From Mobula hypostoma (Eukaryota), in contig NC_086108.1 in NCBI RefSeq assembly GCF_963921235.1, forward strand, positions 62,250,001 through 62,314,000: a stretch of 64,000 nucleotides of DNA, written 5' to 3'. Shown here one piece after another: positions 1 through 12,671 of the stretch. The translations under genes were made by a program, and so were the position numbers. The first letter of the stretch is position 1. Each line of letters opens with the position of its first letter. The notes under the pieces were generated by a model. The model saw nothing but the letters and a program-made list of their open reading frames with translations. It made no database searches and had not been told where the DNA came from.

Positions 1-140
1 CCTGTATTCTTTGATAGCCTTACTAATTAAAAACCTATCCAACCTCCTCTTTAAATGTACCCAATGACTTGATCTCCACAGCTGTATGTGGTGGTGAATT
101 CTACAGATTCCCTACCTTCTGGCTAAAGAATTTCCTCCTG
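1..140 (-). mobile_element. CR1 3' fragment
   Basis: Similar to the reverse complement of about 47935-48060. Confidence 0.65.
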
Positions 141-714
141 CTCAACTCTTTTCTACATCTTGCCTCAATTGGAAGCAAATTGTGAGTTTCCCAGTGTACC
201 CATTTGTCCAGCCTGTGCTAATGATAGTAAACCAACTTAGATAAAAGCCGAACACGATTTAATGCTGGCTGGTGTCGTTCAACTTTTCTCATTGTGTGGT
301 GGGCACATGCATCCCCACTCCATGCACACCTGGTTTTAGAAAGCCACTTTTACTGCTACCTACAACTTGCTTATATGAAGATTAGAACACCACATCAATA
401 CATTTATAAAATATAAGACAAGAAACTTTATAACAGAATGTTTGGCCAATCTTTCCATTAATTTTCAAAAAGCAAGTGCCATAGTCACACAGAGCTGATT
501 ACAGCAATCACCTGCCATCTTGTTCTAAGGACAGAGCAAGGCTCTTCTCCCTTTGTAGGGCTTAGGATCATTCACATTGCAATTTCAGTGCTGCTCTGAG
601 TACTACACACAGCTGAAGTTGACAGTAATTTGGGTTGGAACCAGGTTCTGAGTCTGAAAACCCTGAACGCTACTAATTCTGTATCTCAATCTGAATTTGT
701 TGGTAATTGGAGTT

Positions 715-2005
715 TTACACCAATGACTTGTGTGGCTGAGCACAGCTCCAATGACATATTTAAGTTTGCTGATGATACATATCATTGTTGTGAGCCAAAT
801 CAAAGGTGGTGATGAATCAGCATATGGGGGGGAGATTGAAATTCTGGCTGAATGGTGCCACAACAGCAACCTCCTACTCAACGTCAGCAAGACCAACGAG
901 CTGATTATTGACTTCAGGCAAAGGAAACCTGACGTCCAGGAACCTGTCCTCATCAGAGGATCAGAGCTGGAGAGGGTTAGCAACTTTAAATTCCTTGGTG
1001 TTATCATTTCAGAGGACCTGTTCTAGGCCCTGCATGTAAGTGCAGTTACAAAGAAAGCACGGCAGTGCCTCTACTTCCTTAGAAGTTTGCGAAGATTCAG
1101 CATGACATCTAAAACTTTGACAAACTTCTGTAGATGTGTGGTGGAGAGTATATTGACTGGCTGCATCACAGCCTGGTTATGGAACCACCAATGCCTTTGA
1201 ATGGAAAATTCTACAAAAAGTAGTGAATATGGCCCAGTCCTTCACGGTTAAAGCCCTCCTGACCATTGAACATACCTACACAGAGCATTGTTATAGGAAA
1301 GCAGCATCCATCATCATGGGACCCCAACACTCAGATCATGCTCTCTTCTCACTGTTGCCATCAGGAAGAAGGTGCAGGAGCCTCAGGACTCACATCACTA
1401 GGTTTGAGGAACAGTAATTACTCTTCAACCACCAGGCTCCTGAACCAGAAGGAAAACTTCATCTGCCCCAACACTGAACTGTTCCTACAACCTAAGGACT
1501 CACTTTCAAGGATTCTTCATCTCATGTTCTCATAATTTATTGCTTATTATTATTATTGATATTGCTTCTTTTTTATCTTTTTGTATTTGCACAGTTTGTT
1601 GTCTTTTGCACACTGGTTGACCATCCTGTTGGTGTGGTTTTTCATTGATTCTATTATGGGTTACTGGAGTTATTGAATATAAAGGAAAGGAAAGGTACGT
1701 CGCATCCGGAGTTTCTCTGGTTAGCGACGATTTCCCTCCACGCCTCTCTGACGTAGTGGGGAACCACGCACAAGGCAAGTTACAGCAGCGGTTTGCCATT
1801 GCCTTCTTCCAAAGAGATCACCCAGCGCAGATGGAAAGCGTGCAGGGGAGCCGGCTGGATTCGAACTCGGGACCTTTCATCCCGAAGACCGACTCTGATG
1901 CCACTACGCTACCAGCCGAATACGCCCACAAGAAAATGAATCTCAGGGTTGTACAGTATATGGTGACATATATGTACTTAGATAATAAATTTACTTCGAA
2001 CTTTA
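715..2005 (+). mobile_element. Rex1/Babar-type LINE 3' fragment, interrupted by a SINE
   Basis: KFADDT RT motif, then WCHNSNLLLNVSKTNELIIDFR...ERVSNFKFLGV and HALFSLLPSGRR; frameshifted; tail aataaatttacttcgaacttt. Confidence 0.85.
1681..1917 (-). mobile_element. Young tRNA-derived SINE with RTE-type tail
   Basis: Minus strand: A box TAGCGTAGTGG, B box GAGTTCGAATCC, GGCAATGGCAAACCGCT motif, (CCTTT)n tail; CpG-rich; TSD GAATAT/GAATAC. Confidence 0.75.
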
Positions 2006-2440
2006 ATTCTATTGTGGAGTAAAACCCAGTCCATATGCTGCAAGAGAACTGAGTGTAAGGGGCTGGTGAACCCTCAATTTCACATTAAACTCATTGATGG
2101 TGCAGGAAGAAATATTATAACATACAGTAATGTCAACTTGCCAATGAAAAGCTGGTCAAGGGAAATCAAAGCATTCATATCTGTTAAATGTTTTTCATTA
2201 GATGTGAATGGAGGCATTTTATCTGTGATGTCACAGAAGAAGTGGTCACACGTGTGGGACTTACAGAATTTGGCATGGTTCACAGAACACTTTCATTCTC
2301 AAACTCCCCCGCCTGTTTGACACCCTGATCCAGCTCGTGTCCGTTAAATGTCAGCTACAGATTCAGCTAAAGGAAAACCCCAGTTTACGACAACCACAGC
2401 CTAGGCTAAAGGTCGGTTTAGACCTCTGTCTAGCACCAAC

Positions 2441-2484
2441 TAAATCTCGGTTAGATATAGCGGACTATATCTAACCGAGATTTA
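2441..2484. repeat. Perfect 20-bp inverted repeat with a 4-nt loop
   Basis: TAAATCTCGGTTAGATATAG-cgga-CTATATCTAACCGAGATTTA. Confidence 0.9.
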
Positions 2485-5400
2485 TATCTAACTATATTTC
2501 AGCTTTGTTTCCTGTTTTATGTCCCTGACTAAACCTGGTTTCAGGATCAGCTAGAGCCAAATTCCATCCAAGCTCTGGCTAAATCCCAGATTAAATCTGG
2601 ACTTCTAGTTCGGGTTGGGGATTGGTTAAACCTGAGCTCAGATCCAGCCCTTGACTGAGCTCAGACACTGCCCTGGTTCAATGTCAGATTCAACTGCAGC
2701 TAATGCTCAACCCCATTCCCAGTCCAGTCCTAGAGCTGTGCCCCAAGCTACATCTCAAACTTTATCCCAGCCCAGACCGACTTCAGCTAAATTCAGATCT
2801 TTTCGCAGCTACCTCAGTCTCAGTGTCATTCTTCCATGTGTTACTAGACCCAGACCAGGCCTTACAATTTCTATAGTTCTTCCACAAACTGGGCATGAAT
2901 GTCAATGAACTCATACTGCAGTGCTGTCTATCACTGTTGCAACACAGGAAGGAAATGAAACAAGAGGGGTGTGGTACATGGAACCCATTACTGTCACAGT
3001 CTTCAGTTAACACATTCACAGACTGCAGTCTTTCACTGCCACTGTAATTTTCTTTCCTTCTCAAGGCTAAATTAAATAAAATCAAAAGCTGAACTTCCAG
3101 TGGATTTCTGTAAAGCTTACAATGTTGGAGTAGGTAAATGAAATTTACAACCTTTTTTTCACCTTAACAGTCTTGTGTCAGGTGCTAAAGGGCTGACAGA
3201 TATGAAGTTCAAGTACAAATGTCCTGAGTAGTGGGCGCTCACATCAATGTTTGTTCAAGAAATTTCTGGAAATGATTTAAGAAAAAGTGAAGTTTTGGAT
3301 TTTTAATATTTATGTAGTGTTGTCAGCACAGGTTGTGCTGGCGGTTTGCTCTCATAATGTCAGCACTATTGAATTGAAAATGGTGGCATTGTTTCAAAAT
3401 ATTGAGGGACCTTGAAAAACCAAAACTTTCACCCAACAAGACAGATATTTGGGAGCTGCTGTAGATATCTCTTTAAGGAAGGAAAAATGTTCCTGGATTT
3501 TGTAACTAGTTCAATACTAAACCCTTCTATTGATCAGAATCCTTCCCCGCTGTGTTTATGGAGTCAAATCTGGCATCCCTGAGTTACTGATTGAGGTTTT
3601 GCAAAATTCTAGCAAAGTCAGTTCTACAATTGGAATGCACCTATTCATTGTTTGATAATTATCAAAATATTGCAAAAAATAAACAGAGTTTTATTTACGC
3701 AGTGCAAGATCATTGAAAAAAAAGTTAGAATAACATACCATTAGAGTTAACGAATTGGACCTACAATCTCCAGTCACAGACCCATTATCAGAATATTTGT
3801 CAGCATCAGTCAGTGGGGTCCTGGTATGACCTAACTGAGGTTGTATCTTTTTTGCAATGTTATGGCTTTATCAGAACAACAATTTGCAGTTGTGTTGAAT
3901 TTATAAAGCTTCATATACTATAGAGTAGTTCAATACACATTTAACATGCTTGGAAAGAAATCACATAACTGTCTTTCATCTGTTTGTTTATCTTGTAATG
4001 AAGTGACTTTCAGAGACGGTTATATTAAATGGAGTGAATTAATCAGGAGTTTATTTGTCAGAAATCATTTGGATATTTGCTGGAGATTAATTTTTTAGAG
4101 TCATAGAGTCATACACTACAGCACAGAAAAAGGCCTTTTGGTCCATTTAGTCTGTGCCAAACTATTAATCTGTCTTTTTGGTCTCATTGTGCTTTGCATA
4201 TGGAGGAGAGGATATTGTGATCAGTAAAGTTAAATGAATTTGGTTTTCCCAGCTCACCAAGTAATGCCTAACCTTTTATCACTGAATAATTACCTCACAG
4301 CAGGTTAGTGAATGATTGTCATTACTCTCCTCTTCATTTGCAAATGAAGTACCTCATAAAATGCTGCCTTGTACATGTAGAATTAAATGAGTGTAATTTA
4401 TGAGAGAGACATGGTTTGTCTAGGAAACATTTCCAGAACTTCATTTGTGCTTGTTTGGCCTGTATATTTTACAGTAGCCCAGGCTTATTCAGTATCCTTG
4501 AGGCCTCCGTCTTCAGATTTCTTCGAATGGGTTTCCTCCGGCCTGTTACTAAGAATCTGACTCAACAGGACTATCTTTAACCTTTACCTACTGGCTCGCC
4601 ATCAAAACGCCCATAGTCCTGACACCTACTCTGACTCAAACTTGCACGACCTGGTTTGATCACCAGACCTCACCCTGCCCAAAATCACAACCTTCCCCTA
4701 TCCCAACAGCACCACCAGTGACTGACATCCAACCACCCTAAAGAACCTCCCTTCTGATCCGTGACTCTCCCTAGAATTTGTGGGACTCTCCATTTGTGGG
4801 CGCTCCTTATTTCCTTTGTACACACTGCATTGCTGCAGCACAAAAAGTACTTGAATGGAACATTGACCAAAGCTTGACCCACCATGCAGTGACTCTAAAA
4901 CATCACAGCAGGCCTTGAAGAAATTCTTGACCATCATATTCTGATCTAAAATCAACTTTCCCTTGCATTAATAATCAGTATTCTCCTATTCCTAATACTT
5001 CAGACCTTTTAGATAAGCACTTATATGAAATCAAAATTGTGTTTAAATCACTGGTTTCTTCAGTCACACACTTTCCTTCAAGCACTTCAAACCAGGTCCT
5101 GGAGCTGAAACCAGTTGACACCTTTAATATCCCAAAGTCCTTCACACCCAATCAATTACCTTTGAAATGTGGCCAATGTTACAAAGAAGGGAAAAGTTGC
5201 AGCCAATTTGTAATCAACAAAGTGTGAAAATCAGCAAAGTGTAATTGCCTGGATTATCTGAGGTGATGAATTTAATACTAGGGCTACGTCCACACTATGC
5301 CGGATAATTTTGAAAACGCCGGTTTCGAGTAAAAACGACAGGCATCCACACTAAGCGTTTTTCAAAATATCTCCGTCCACATTAGGCGAATATTTGGGCG

Positions 5401-5920
5401 AATCTCCTCCTACTGGGCATGCGCAGGACACACAGAAAACAAGCGAAGAGGAAACGATATACTTAGTGCGCGTTTGTCCAGTTACAGAGTAGAAAAACTT
5501 TAAAGGAATTGCTCTTGGCTGTCGCGCAGGAGGACTTAAAACTTAAAAAAAACAAATACTGGAGCGTATGGAGGCAACCGACAGGGAGTTCACGGACAGT
5601 ATGACCCGGCTGACGACAAACATTGAAAAACTAACTCTGTTGCATTAATAAAGCACCTTGTTAAATGTATAAAACGTCTGCATCAGCGTTATCTTGTATT
5701 TCCATACAATGTTACATTAGGCTGTTACACATCTATTGTCAGAGAAGTACTTGCATAAATAGGTAAACCACCTTCATACAAGCAAGGACAGAAAACAGGG
5801 TGAAGTGAGTATACTTATTCACTTACAACAGGAATTCTGCAGATGCTGGAAATTCAAGCAACACACAATAAAGTTGCTGGTGAACGCAGCAGGCCAGGCA
5901 GCATCTCTAGGAAGAGGTGC

Positions 5921-5956
5921 AGTCGACGTTTCAGGCCGAGACCCTTCGTCAGGACT
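5921..5956 (-). ncRNA. Minimal type I hammerhead ribozyme motif in the PLE repeat
   Basis: AGTC-CTGACGA-AGGGTCTCGGCCT-GAAAC-GTC-GACT: CUGANGA and GAAA core, short stem II, stem I AGTC/GACT, GUC cleavage triplet, palindromic ACGT in place of stem III. Confidence 0.8.
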
Positions 5957-6779
5957 AACTGAAGGAAGAGTGAGTAAGAGATTTGAAAGTTGGAGGGGGA
6001 AGCGGAGATCCAAAATGATAGGAGAAGACAGGAGGGGGAGGGATGGAGCCAAGAGCTGGACAGGTGATTGGCAAAAGGGGATACGAGAGGATCATGGGAC
6101 AGGAGGTCCGGGAAGAAAGATAAGGCGGGGGGGAACCCAGAGGATGGGCAAGGGGTATATTCAGAGGGACAGAGGGAGAAAAAGGAGAGTGAGAGAAAGA
6201 ATGTGTGTATAAAAATAAGTAACAGATGGGGTACGAGGGGGAGGTGGGGCATTAGCGGAAGTTAGAGAAGTCGATGTTCATGCCATCAGGTTGGAGGCTA
6301 CCCAGATGGAATATAAGGTGTTGTTCCTCCAACCTGAGTGTGGCTTCATCTTTACAGTAGAGGAGGCCGTGGATAGACATGTCAGAATGGGAATGGGATG
6401 TGGAATTAAAATGTGTGGCCACTGGGAGATCCTGCTTTCACTGGCGGACAGAGCGTAAGTGTTCAGCAAAGCGGTCTCCCAGTCTGCGTCGGGTCTCGCC
6501 TCGTACCCCATCTGTTACTTATTTTTATACACACATTCTTTCACTCTCCTTTTTCTCCCTCTGTCCCTCTGAATATACCCCTTGCCCATCCTCTGGGTTC
6601 CCCCCCAGCCTCCTTGTCTTTCTTCCCGGACCTCCTGTCCCATGATCCTCTCGTATCCCTTTTGCCAATCACCTGTCCAGCTCTTGGCTCCATCCCTCCC
6701 CCTCCTGTCTTCTCCTATCATTTTGGATCTCCCCTTCCCCCTCCAACTTTCAAATCTCTTACTCACTCTTCCTTCAGTT

Positions 6780-6815
6780 AGTCCTGACGAAGGGTCTCGG
6801 CCTGAAACGTTGACT
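6780..6815 (+). ncRNA. Minimal hammerhead ribozyme motif (GUU triplet variant)
   Basis: AGTC-CTGACGA-AGGGTCTCGGCCT-GAAAC-GTT-GACT. Confidence 0.72.
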
Positions 6816-7684
6816 GCACCTCTTCCTAGAGATGCTGCCTGGCCTGCTGCGTTCACCAGCAACTTTGATGTGTGATACTTATTCACTTCTTCACTTCGTT
6901 GTTAAAACAACTAACATCTGTTCCGGCACGTCATGACAGCGTTTTTAAATAGTCAAAAAAGCTCACTTTACAATTTAACTCTCACGCCGTTCACACCGAC
7001 TGCGCGTTATAACAGCAGTACGGCAGTGCTTGCGCAGTACCAAGCAGAAGCAGAAAAAAGCATTGTTGTTGTGTTGTCATGACAACGTTTTTAAATCTCT
7101 CCGGTTATCCCGTACACACTACGCCGGATATTAAGCGTTTTCAGATTTATTCACTCTGGAGAGTGTTTTTGAAAATCTCCGTTTTCGGGGGCTGAAAACG
7201 CCGGGTCAGTGTGGACGGAAGGGCAAAACGAAGAGAAAAAGCTTCGTTTTCAAAATTATCTGGCGTAGTGTGGACGTACCCTAAGTGTTGACTAAAACAG
7301 TCATTGTATGAACAATGCTATTGAACCTTTTATAATCTATTTAAAACCTAGAAGGGTCCTTTGTTTAAATTTTCATTCAAGAAATTGTGCATCTGGCAGA
7401 ATTCTTACTGTGGCAATGGATTGTCAATTTAGAATAAATGCATACAGTATTGATTATTATCCCATATATTATGCTAATTTCTTGCAGTTCCAGTTTTCTA
7501 TTACAATCTCTATTCTATTTCCGTAAGATCCTTCCTTCACATTAACTCTACAAGAACTGAAGCACATTTTTACCCTGCCCTTTCTCCCCCTTGCTCCATG
7601 CTTTTATGAAATATTCCAAAGACCCTTTCCCCCACCCACCACTCTATCAGCATCCAACTGAAAAGCATACTGCTGACCACTGAG

Positions 7685-7835
7685 TAAAACAGAAAATGCT
7701 GAAAATACTCAGTGGTTCAGGCAAAATCTTGGAAAGGCGAAGGGGCTTAGACCTGAAACATTTCCCAATGTTGCCTGACCTGCTGATGATTTATGGGACA
7801 CTTTCTGTTTTTGTTTCAGATTTCTGAAATCTGTA
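7685..7835. mobile_element. Old, diverged palindromic PLE-end remnant
   Basis: aaaacagaaaatgctgaaaatactcag... is inverted relative to ...gacctgaaac...tgcctgacctgctga...tttctgtttttgtttcagattt. Confidence 0.5.
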
Positions 7836-9327
7836 GGTGTTTTAAAATTGTCATTTGATTTCCAGTCAGGGAAGCTGTCAGGATAAAGGGCTCACAGCAT
7901 GTGGGTTTTCCACTCTAAATCTCCCTCCCCCCGCCCCCTCCACCCATTTCTTGTAACCTGACCATGTTAATACTCAGGCTAACATCTCCATTACAGCTTT
8001 GAATGCTTGTGGACAACTGAAACCAAAATAACAAACATTCTTTGACCTCTGTGTGAAAATCCCCCAAATTATTTCTTGTTAATTGATATCACAGTAATTG
8101 TCACTGACAGTCAATTTAAACCTGGAATATCCCACAGTAGGCGGATCTTTCTATTACTATTACAGAATGTAAACTAAGGACTTTGAGTTTCATTGTTATT
8201 CATTGCTATTCATCCCTAGAATATGGGATTGAATCTTATTCCAGTTGCTGGAATGATAACTGTGAGGATTCTTTTCGAAACAAATTTGGACTCTCCATAA
8301 GAAGGACCTAATACATGCGCCATAACCAGTACCCACAAAAATAGGCAGTCTCGCCTAGAAAGGCCTTAGGGTAATAAGTTAGAAAATGATAATTCATATT
8401 GGAAAGGTATATTGAAAGCAATGTTTATATGTGTATAGGTGTTTACTTAAGGGAAATTTGCCAGTACAGTACCCGACAACATTGTGCTTGATGTTGATAA
8501 AGAATTTCAAAACCTGTGTAGATTGTATAGAAATCTCCCACTTTACATACAAAGTTCAACTGTAATCACAATTTTATTTAGTAGATCCTACTGAACCCGA
8601 AACAAATCTGACTGAACCCAAAACAAATATCCATAAATCACTTTTAGATACAGATGTTACAGTGTAAAATTGAATTAAATTTAGACAGAAGTATCTTTAA
8701 TACTGACATGTTTTTAAAAGGATATTCTAAGTATGAGTAACAGTAGTCAAAAGAAATTTATCAGTTTCTTGATTTCTTTCTGATATACATAAATCTATCT
8801 CATTAATTGAAATATTCTATTCAGTTATAAGATTAAAGCTGTTGAACATAAATCTATTAGTAGGGGCTAGTTTTGCTATGTTCTTGGAAGTTTTGCTTGA
8901 TTTTTAAGTCATAACTGTGCAATCATCAAATTATTTTGGAAAGAAGATCATGCAATGCTTCAGATGTGTTACAGAGTTATCAAAATGTACAATAGACAAT
9001 GTTCCTGGGTTAAGTGAATAAAACAGTACATCTTTCAAGGACTTATTCACCAATAGACATCTGCCAATTTTCAGAAGTAGTCAATGCTGATCAGTTGCAG
9101 CAACATAATTCAAGGTATTTCACAGAAATTGCCCTAAAGAAGGGAAGTGAGGTGAGGAGATTTAGGAAACAAATTTCACAGTATAAGCCTGGCTGAAATC
9201 TCGCATCTCAACAACAGGTGACTCAATTACATATCAGGAATATAGACTTCTGACATGTAGGTGCTATGAAACTACGGTTATTATAGCACAGATATGTCCA
9301 ATGTTCTACCATTTCAGTACAAAACTA

Positions 9328-9837
9328 CACTCAGTGGCCACTTTATTAGGTCAACCTAGACACCTGCTGGTTAATTCAAATATCTAATCAGTCAAATGCA
9401 CGGCAGCAACTCAGTGCATAAAAACATGCAGACATGGTCAAGAGATTCAGTTGTTGATCAGAACAAACATCAGAATGGGGAAGAAATGCGATCTAAGTGA
9501 CTTTGACCATGGAATGATTGTTGATGCTAGATGAGGTGGTTTGGGTATCTCAGAAACTGCTGATCCCCTGGGATTTTCACACAGCAATCTCTAGAGTTTA
9601 CAGAAAATGGATCCAGTGAACGGCAGTTCTGTGGACAAAAATATCTTGTTAATGAAGGAGATCAGATGAGAATGGTCAGACTGGTTTAAGCTGACAGAAA
9701 GGTGACAGTAACATGCATTAGAACAGTTAGTGTGCAGAAGGACATTACTGAATGCACAACATATTGAACCTTGAAGGTTGATGGGCTACAACAGCAGAAG
9801 ACCATGAACATACCTCTTGCAGAGTGACCACTGAGTG
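9328..9837 (+). mobile_element. Non-autonomous Tc1-like element
   Basis: TIR CACTCAGTGG(C/T)CACT, TA on both flanks, transposase N-terminal remnant MGKKCDLSDFDHGMIVDAR*GGLGISETAD. Confidence 0.85.
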
Positions 9838-10429
9838 TATATACCAAAATTTGTGGTGATTTCTTCAACTTAATTACAGAGAAACTACTTTATATTATAT
9901 AGTATATTGAATTAGAAGTAGTGCAGGGGTGAGTCTAATTTTAGAAATTCAGACCAAGTTTTAGACTTACTATCATTGAAATATGTCTGAGAGACAGCTT
10001 TGCAGAATTATGTGGGAAATTAAACAGAACTGAAAAATAACATTAAAGCTATTTTAACTGTGTGAGTAGGGCAAAGGGCAATATTTTCAATGTACCAAAG
10101 AAAATTTGGGAACATTTCTTCCGAAGAAGAAATGATCAGTATATAGAAAAAAATCCTTCAGCATTGCAGGTTAGTGTTAGACCTAATAATTGATCTGTAA
10201 GAAGAGCCTTTGAATAAGTGTCACAAAAAATATTTATTCAAAAATAAATTGGTGTATTGATGGTAAGCATTTTTAAGCTTTTGCATCTTCTGCCCATTGG
10301 GAGAAGGGAAAAGAGAGAATATCTGGGAGGGGTCTGATCTTTGATAATGCTGGCTGCTTTACCGAGGAAGCAAGAAGTAGAGACAAATGGTACATAGAAT
10401 TAAGTAAAATTTTTTAACAAGTCTAGATC

Positions 10430-11300
10430 ATTGATAAGGGATAGGAATCAGAAAGTAGTCATGGGTAAAGGATTGCATGCAGTGGGGTCCCTAAAGATTA
10501 GGGCTATAGATAACTATTCTTGTCTATAAGGGTCCTGAGCTTGAGTGGAGAGAGTCCAATTTTTAAGTTTGTGGATTAAGGACACTTGCCAATGTTATAA
10601 AAGTGGACAATGTAGTAAGGGCTTTTAGAAGGAACTAAACAATTTGGTGAAATGAACTGAGGAACTGTAATATTTTGAGGAACTGGGACATGGTAGGGAG
10701 AGGGGGGAGCCAGGTTTAAAAGAATAAATAACTGGTGTTGTACTGTATATGAATAAGTTTCTGAAGGGGTTCATGAGGCTGTTGAGAAAGCATGTGAGAT
10801 GCATTACTCAGTAAATAGGAATGTTGATGATCAATAAAGAGAGAAAGCCTCAATCTTTAAAAATCAATGATTTGGTTTTCAGCCGGAGTATTGCTTACAA
10901 GGGGCATCACAAATCTTTATGGCTTAGCGAAGATATAGATGAGGCTGTCATTTCAAAGATGATAGACTTCAATAATTTGGAGACATTGGAGAAGCTGGTA
11001 TTGCTCTTCATTGAAGATACAAGGTAAGGTCTTCTCTGAAGAAAAAGCATGAAATGTGAATTTCTTTTGCCTTACAAGAAAGTCAAAAGCCAAGTATTAT
11101 GGATGTACAGTAATTGAAAAGAGCAAGTTTGAAGAGGTTGTTAAAATCAGGGATGAAAGAATTTTCACAGAAATATTCAAAAGACATTTAGAAATGGTCA
11201 TTACGGTCTAATTTATGGAGAGAAAAAATGGGATTAGAATTATACTGGACAGGTTTTTTAAGGAGCTTTTATTAGAACAGCTTTCTTTCTGTAGTGGAAG
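10430..11300 (+). mobile_element. Highly decayed CR1 fragment
   Basis: Residual similarity to 47085-48166, e.g. agtggggtccctaaag, ttttaagtttgtggat, LEKLVLLF. Confidence 0.5.
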
Positions 11301-11674
11301 AGTCTCTCTGGCTGTTAGCATTGAAAAATACATGGGAAAGCATCAGCCAAGCAAAGTGAATGTGTGGAAATGAGTACAAGTGAATGCCAAAGCTCTTGTA
11401 CAATCTTGGCCCTAGTGATCAAAGTCAATGTTTACCCCATATGATTCTATTGCTCATAAAACGGGATGAATTTATGACACAAACATTGCTGCATTGTAAG
11501 GACTTCTTAATAAAGTGATACAGAGTGAATGTATTTGTTTATCCATTACCAGAGGAAGTGATCTTTGTGAGACTTTTTGTTAAATTTGATACATAAGTAA
11601 TTTTTTGAGCAATTTTCAAAATGACATGAAAATACATTCCACCTCTTCCCTGTGTCTATAGTGGATTGGCTTTG

Positions 11675-11930
11675 ACCATAAGACATAGGAAAAGAATTAA
11701 GCCATTCAGCCCATTACATCTGCTCCACCATTCTATCTTGACTGATTTATTATCCCTCTCAAACCCATTCTCCTGCCTTCACTCCATAACCTTCAACGCC
11801 CCGACTTATCAAGAACCTATCAACCTTCACTTTAAGTATGCCCAATGGCTTGGCCTCCACACCTGTCTGGTGAAAAAATTCCTCCTCATCTCTGTTCTAA
11901 AGGGACACCCTTCAATTCTGAGGCTGTGCC
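11675..11930 (-). mobile_element. CR1 3' fragment
   Basis: accataagacatagga...gaattaagccattcagccc...ggacacccttcaattctgaggctgtg. Confidence 0.75.
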
Positions 11931-12671
11931 TACACATTTTTTTTGCCTACATATCTTTGCGTACGCAAATTTGGTTTCTTGTTGATACTCTCCTTTCCCT
12001 TCCCTTCCCATTTTCCATAGGGATGGAATACTCTTTGTGTTTTGGACTTGAATTTCCGATCTAGTGAAAAAAAATCCTGAATGTTAAACCTAACCTAGAG
12101 AAGAATTGCTCATATGTTGCTCTTAGAAAGAGGCTGTTTGGCATATTGAGTCTACATTGGCCCTCAGGCCAATACTATTTCCCAGTCGCCCCCCCCCCCC
12201 AGAAACAGATAGAGCACTAAAGAGCAGCTGTGAATGGCATCAGAGGATAGTATGGGAAATTGTTAGGCAGGCAGTGAGATATGGAGATTGAATGTAAATA
12301 TTGCTCAAAAATGCTGATGGCAGTATGAAGCCTAGACAGCCTGTGTGCATTAATCTATTTTTGGAGCTAATCCATACAGAATGGCGTTGTTGATGTGCAG
12401 TTAAACTGTCACTTGGCATCCTTCCAAACAATTCTGAATTTGTGTTGACACTAATGTGCCAGTATGGATCTGGAGACTAAGCCCATAGGTGTGGAACTTC
12501 CCCTCCCTTCCCATATTGTTTTGAATACACAGCTTGTGTAGCTAGACTCCAGACTATAAAACAAGAGTGATTCCAGCCAACTTTAGAGCAACAGAATACG
12601 TAATAAATGTCTGCTTCATGAAATAAACATGCAAACAAGCACAGGAGCCTGATGACACACACTCAGTGTTT

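Larger units (their letters stand above)
5825..6874. mobile_element. Penelope-like retroelement (PLE) 3' fragment in inverted, palindromic arrangement
   Basis: Left arm 5825-6500 (minus) encodes a GIY-YIG C-terminal remnant (GETRRRLGDRFAEHLRSVRQ*KQDLPVATHFNSTSHSHSDMSIHGLLYC...LEEQHLIFHLGSLQPDGMNIDFSNF). Right arm 6499-6874 is the inverted copy. 14-bp TSD ATACTTATTCACTT at 5811-5824 and 6875-6888. Confidence 0.88.
5282..7281 (+). mobile_element. Non-autonomous PIF/Harbinger-like DNA transposon, host of the nested PLE
   Basis: About 37-bp TIRs GG(C/G)TACGTCCACACTA(T/C)GCC(G/A)GATAATTTTGAAAACG; flanks TAG (5279-5281) and TAA (7282-7284); internal coiled-coil-like coding remnant ELLLAVAQEDLKLKK/QILERMEATDREFTDSMTRLTTNIEKL at about 5505-5635. 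Confidence 0.75.
5115..7420 (-). mobile_element. Ancient Deu-domain SINE (SacSINE1/AmnSINE-like) split by the Harbinger insertion (parts about 5115-5280 and 7285-7420)
   Basis: atcccaaagtccttcacacccaatcaattacctttgaaatgtggcc...gcagccaatttg...cagcaaagtgtaattgcctggattatctg resembles the reverse-complemented SacSINE1 3' part; Deu-like sequence resumes after 7285. Confidence 0.55.

Noticed and set aside
1850..1917. tRNA gene
   Set aside because: The A and B boxes belong to a SINE head; the sequence continues into a LINE-like tail and is flanked by a TSD.
5825..6874. Fold-back assembly or library artefact
   Set aside because: The arms differ by substitutions and indels, are bounded by TSDs, and the host sequence resumes correctly on both sides.
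5805..6886. Cluster of 60-135 aa ORFs on both strands (similar ones at 15515-16366, 31821-32111, 58727-58953)
   Set aside because: They are readings of the non-coding PLE repeat and its inverted copy. The only real coding remnant is the broken GIY-YIG C-terminus.
8590..8628. 21-bp tandem duplication (actgaaccc.aaacaaat twice)
   Set aside because: An ordinary local duplication with no further structure.
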